Translations under genes and position numbers: made by a program
The notes under the pieces: model-generated
What the model saw: the letters and a program-made list of their open reading frames with translations, nothing else
Told to the model about the DNA's origin: nothing
Databases searched by the model: none
Shown: one piece after another, positions 58,651 through 64,000 of the stretch
Layout: each line of letters starts with the position of its first letter
Position numbering within the stretch: position 1 is the stretch's first letter
Source: Tubiluchus corallicola
Taxonomy: Eukaryota > Animalia > Priapulida
Assembly: GCA_030141605.1 (NCBI GenBank)
Contig: JAQGDQ010000222.1
Coordinates: 124,001 to 188,000 of the forward strand
Direction: 5' to 3'
DNA: 64,000 nt

Positions 58651-60847
58651 TGTTGACTGTCTATAAATAAATTACTACTACTAGTAGTCTAACTGCTTCG
58701 TCGTGAAGCCAGATGCCTTGAATCAAACTTTATCAGAACTGACATCAGACCGGCATTTGCGAGACTTGAACATGAAAAATGCGTTCTGGGAATCGTCGAA
58801 GGAATTTTGATGCAGAAGCCGCGCGAACAATGATTGCCGATTTAGGAGTCTTAAGACAATGCAAAGAAAAGGAATTTGGCCATGATTAACAGTAATCTGC
58901 TTTACTGCAATGTCGGATGGTGTTCCTTTGTGCAGAGCAAATTCTGCGAAAATCTGTTAATTTCGCAAAAGGCGCGCGGCATGGTAAACAGGTTGACTTT
59001 GTTTACGAATTCTAAAAACACCAATGCCCGATCGCTAGTATTAAATTTTAGCTTTATTGTAACACAACCTCTTTACAGTAAGACATTTGGTTAAGAGGTG
59101 CTGTATAAAATGCGAAAGGGTCTAATGATGTAAGGAAGCAGCAAGAAATCTTTTCCAACCTGTTTACGAGAAGGAAAATGCATGCAAATCCAGGATTGGA
59201 TGTGAACAAGATAAGAAATGATAGAATTATTCAGCGTTAAGAGTACACCGACGATGGTGCAAATCCACTGTTGGCGGAATTTCAAAAACAAACTTGAAAA
59301 ATAGGAAATACAAAAAAAACTGAAGCACAGTCAGAATTAGACCTAAGGATCGTGCCCACAAGTCAGACGTCAACACCATTACATTACGATACAGCTAGCC
59401 AGTCGATTTCAGCATTTCCAATGTTTAGTCACTCTAGCTAGAGTCATTCTAACTAATTAGATCATGTTTTGATTTTCATTAATTTTGAGCCTAAATTATC
59501 AGCCTTGTAAGCAGAAGGTCCTGATTGAAATTCAGGCTGTGTTCCAATTTTTCCACATTTTCCTCTTTTTCAAGATTAGCTTGAAAATTCAATCAGTTGT
59601 GTCAGCTCTGATATTAATTAAACAGTATTGAGATAACTCTTCATGCTGTTACTAAACTACTCTCCGATTCAACCAACACGAAGGCAAACAGTTGCATTAA
59701 ATTCAGCAAAAAGATGCAAAAGTAAGCTTTGATGTACGTCATTCTTAAATACAGGCAGAACTTGTGGTGCGGAACTGGCAAAACCACAGACACTACGTGT
59801 TGTGTATTAGTTTACTGCTTGACATTAACAGTAGTAATAATAATATGGAGTAACAGAATCCGTCGAGATCTATAGAGTTGTTGGTGAGGTGATATTGTGG
59901 ATGCCCAAGGGATTCCTTACAGAATAAGTTTAACGTTGCGGTTGATCTTGGAATATCCCAAAAAGCGTGTGACATAAAATCGCAAAACAACTTGAAATAC
60001 AACTTGGACATCAGCGAATTGGCTTGGGCAAAATTGCAAGTATTAATACCGCCTAGTTAATCTTATGATCAGTTTAGAGACTTTTTACCAGCTTTAAGCT
60101 GATAAACACTCAAGAATCTAGATAAAGCGATCAAATAAAGTTTTCACACCTGCGAAATTTTGTAAAATTTGTTGCCGTACCGTTATCTAATTACCTAGCC
60201 AATAGACGTGCTGCTAAATCTTTCGATAATCTTGATCTATTAAAATTAATAAGCGACTAGTGCTCACATACTCAGTTTAAAGAGCGAATACTGTAGAGAT
60301 AAAATAGAGCTTTTGGGCATCAATTTCTAAAACCGAAGGAAAAACATTTTTTCTTTTTATTATTCTTTTCATTTATCAAATAGGCTTTATTTATCAAATT
60401 ACGTACTTTGCCATTTGTAATTTTAGCTAAAGCGAGAGCTTGAAAAAAGTGACAGTTGATTCATCTGAGACAAACCTGTACTTGCCATGCAATAAATGGC
60501 TTTGAACATGAAACCTCTCTTGACCTAGGGCACAAAATAACATACACAGACATTGATATTAGAAAATATTATATTCAAACATTGCTACTGGAGTGGTCAC
60601 TCATACATCTGCAACGTATAACACATGGTGGTGTGTAACATATAATTGCGATAACTTCACCCATGATCCAAGTAAATAGATGGCATTATTTCTGTTTTAA
60701 CCACATTTCAATGCAACTAACAAAAAATTAGGAAAAACTTGATTCGTTTAAAGGCGGATATGTCAAATGTTAATCTCCAATGTTAAATTTGATGACATAA
60801 GCCTTCAGTGGCTTACAAAGCATATTTCTGGGTTAGAAAAGTCAGCT

Positions 60848-60920
60848 GCCTCTGTGGTGTGATGATTAGCATAGTTGACCAGAAAGCAGAAGGTATTGGA
60901 TTCGAGTCCGCGAGGAGGTG
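60848..60920 (+). mobile_element. tRNA-derived (Gly-like) SINE head or pseudo-tRNA
   Basis: gcctct/ggaggt stem, tggtgtgatg A box, agcatagttgacc..aagcag, ggattcgagtcc B box. Confidence 0.5.
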
Positions 60921-61576
60921 TAAACTTTTCTATAATTTCTGTTAGTATTCCTGCGTTTATATGGTGATAACATTTCGAAAGTATAAAATCGGGAAAGATG
61001 TTCAGAGCTACAGTATAACTGAACTGAATACAGTATATATTTTTGCTAATTTGAGATGTCTTATAACATGAAATCTCTCTTATATATACTTCCAGGAATG
61101 TTACAGAGTGCTGAGCAACACACATGCATCTGCTATGTCATCTCGGCTCCATGTGCCCTAAATATACAAGTATTCTCGTTCTCCGTGCACGTAGCACAGA
61201 CAAAAAATACTTCAAACCAGACCGTCCTTCTGGATGTTAGGCATGTTAACATATATGTGGACATAATCTGCAGGCTGTATGGCCTACATGGTTTCCCTTT
61301 AACGCACCGGATGCAATAAACGGCGACAAGTGCATCCGCTAGACGCAGCACGATTACTAACTCCTAGATCTAGAGGTTTAATTTTTACTGTTTGTCGTGG
61401 AGCTGTGGTAGGCCGAGACATCAGCTTGTCAAAAAACTAATCTAGCTGCTAGTATAGATTCTAATAAACATTGACGCCGACATTAACATCAATATCATGT
61501 CATCGTCACTGTTATATACACCATTGCTATCATCCGTCGTTCGCAACCATCTCTTTTCATCACATAGTCCCCTTTC

Positions 61577-61654
<78 letters not shown>

Positions 61655-61672
61655 TCATCATCATCATCATTA
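61577..61672. repeat. (CAT)n microsatellite
   Basis: Visible. Confidence 0.95.
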
Positions 61673-62085
61673 TAATCGTTGTCGTTATAATCGTTATAAT
61701 CAATCCCCCTGTGATAATATGTCGCTGCCCCTGCTATCATAATTACGTTTTTGTGCCAAATATATAAAAATATACATCTAATATATTACTTTCATGATTA
61801 GTGCAAAATTAATATAGTATAATATAATTAATAATATTAGTGCGATTTTTTATGTTAGTAAAAAGCAGAATAAAAAACAGTCAAGAATACAACATGTAGA
61901 ATTCAATATGCACCCGTACGTGCTAAATTTTTATTTATTATGTTTTCCATTTCACTCGATTAATCCATTTTAATATCACAATTTACAGATTACAATAAAG
62001 GTTTGTGAATTGCAGCACGGCTATGTATGGGTGTATGTTATTTAACGGTTAACAATAACAGTTTTACAAATATGTAAGGGTAAAT

Positions 62086-62433
62086 TTAATGTAACACTTT
62101 TGTAATTGTTTCATCAAATGTCCAAACAGCATCACCAAGTATATGATCAAGCACTAAAGCAACATAAACACTATCTGCGCATGCGCCAAAAACAACATTG
62201 CGCTTGAATCTGTAGAGGAAACCATGAAGCATTTCGCATGCCCACCAGTCCATTGAAGCCATCAGTGCGCTAGCAGTTTTAAAAGTGATGAAGAAGCCAA
62301 ACTCTTGAGCGGATGTTGCACTTTGATTTACTTTAACGTTGCACCAAAAATTAACTGGAAGCATGTGAACGCGGCATGCTGAATTGCTGCAGATGAATTT
62401 CGCTTCGAGCTCGCGCAGTGACATCTCAAACAA
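62086..62433 (-). pseudogene. pogo/Tigger (CENP-B-type HTH) transposase relic
   Basis: LPVN...AQEFG...FKTAS...W....RFKRNVVFGACADS resembles PV.G...A..LG..FKAS.GWL.RFK.R..I.F...GES. Confidence 0.45.
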
Positions 62434-63175
62434 TGTCAGTAATCTCTAAAATCTTCGTCATGGTATGAAAGAGTTTGAAAAAGTTGACCAAACTAAAAAT
62501 CCATGTAGTCGCGTAGGACAACGCCTCGCCACTGAGGTACTGACGGTAGCGATTTTGGAGTCGAGGATATGCTTGCAGAAAAAGTGGTGAGATGCGGATT
62601 TGGCTCAGTATTGTTCACATTGGTGATATTGTGGAGTCAAATAGAGAATGTGCGGCTCTGCACCATTGACACTAATGGGTACGTGGGCTTATTCTTTATT
62701 TATATTTATTCTAAGTATAAAGATCTGACGTGGCTTCCTTTAATATATGATTACAAATTGAAAAAGTGTTTACTAGAGAGTGTACTGCACCACCATACAT
62801 AAATCAGTTATTTTTTTATTATAACCATCAAACTCTTATGACTTTACATAACCTTAATGTAGCCTGCTACGAAAAATATTAGATAATTGGTCAGTGTGTG
62901 GGTCCAGATTTACATAATGAACAATGCACTCTCCGGCATCTACGTTGTTCAATAATTTAAATCCTTCATATTATGAACATTTTACCAATCTTTTATGAAC
63001 TCTAATTAGTGATATTTTTGGCAAAATTATTTTTACTGCACTGTACCATTATATTTTAATTTTGTATTGTACTATTGTGTTTTAATTCGTGTATTTAAGT
63101 TATCATCTTTTTGTCATATACGCGGCCCTTATGTTAAAAGGCTTCAAGACAGTTCCTGAGTTTTAAGTAAAGTAT

Positions 63176-63393
63176 CTTGTCTTGCGTTGCCTTGCCTTGC
63201 CTTGCCTTGCCTTGCCTTGCCTTGCCTTGCCTTGCCCTGCCCTGCCCTGCCCTGCCCTGCCCTGTCCTGTCCTGTCCTGTCCTGTCCTGTCCTGTCCTGT
63301 CCTGTCCTGTCCTGTCCTGTCCTGTCCTGTCCTGTCCTGTCCTGTCCTGTCCTGTCCTGTCTTGTCTTGTCTTGTCTTGTCTTGTCTTGTCTT
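63176..63393. repeat. Compound pentanucleotide microsatellite (CTTGC)(CCTGC)(CCTGT)(CTTGT)
   Basis: Visible; source of the LPCLA/LSCPV ORFs. Confidence 0.97.
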
Positions 63394-64000
63394 ATAGGCA
63401 GAGTATCATTGTTGTAGTAAAAGCATTGTCGCGAATTGAATCCGACGCGGTTTCAAAAGAAAAGTAGGCTAATATATTATTTTGATGCAAGTAATTTCAA
63501 TAAAAAAATTAAATAATTATCCCTAACGCCACTAACCTAACTCTAAATCGCATTTTTCGCTGTGTCATTTTTCTTGCGCCATATTTACCTGTACCATTAG
63601 GCCTATTATCTGCGCCATTTTATACTTGTGCCAGTTTTACCGAGGATCTTTCAAAAGCAGTAACTTGAATGCCCAATGTTCAACTTGCGGTCTGATAATA
63701 CCACTCACTAATTCGAATTGGGCTCTAATTGGGCTCTAATCAATGAATCATGATTTTTATTATTGTAATATTTAATTTTCAATTTGGCAGAGTTACGCGT
63801 CATTACGGCATTTTCAAGAATAAACAAATATGAGCTGTGGAAAAATGCCCATGGCCTGCCCTGATATACTTATTACTGACTGACTGACTAACTGATTTAA
63901 CGTAAAAATAATAGCGTAGAAACAGCAAGACTTCTCAGAAAGTAAATTAAAAAATGTTAAAGTTATTTGAGTTTAAAAAATGAGTTTAAACTACTCATTC

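Noticed and set aside
58700-59330. Coding-like composition, possibly a Penelope or other TE relic
   Set aside because: Multiple stops and no diagnostic motif

Overview
AT-rich, intron-rich eukaryotic (invertebrate animal) genomic DNA, so most short ORFs in the supplied track are noise and genes had to be assembled exon by exon. The window holds two host genes arranged head-to-head. (i) On the minus strand is a secreted, divergent pentraxin/LamG-fold gene (ATG at 4914, at least 6 coding exons, running off the left edge). (ii) On the plus strand is a complete 20-exon AMPA-type ionotropic glutamate receptor gene (19124-38733, 932 aa by my exon sum, C-terminal PDZ-type motif -TQV). Between them lie a degenerate BEL/Pao LTR retrotransposon (5043-11465) and a full-length, TSD-flanked I/Jockey-group LINE (11996-17047). 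The right 25 kb is gene-poor. It contains a second decayed LINE nested in a telomere-repeat-like element, nested TTAA-flanked (Kolobok-like) MITEs, a solo LTR with a long hairpin, hAT and pogo/Tigger transposase relics, tRNA-derived repeats and microsatellites. The most interesting leads are the pentraxin-like/AMPAR divergent gene pair, a rewired ligand-cleft residue set in the receptor (E402T/T686E swap, L650Y, M708K), a possible Q/R-site exon-intron RNA duplex, a candidate poison exon and an intron-like segment inside the BEL LTR. All calls were made by eye, without database searches.
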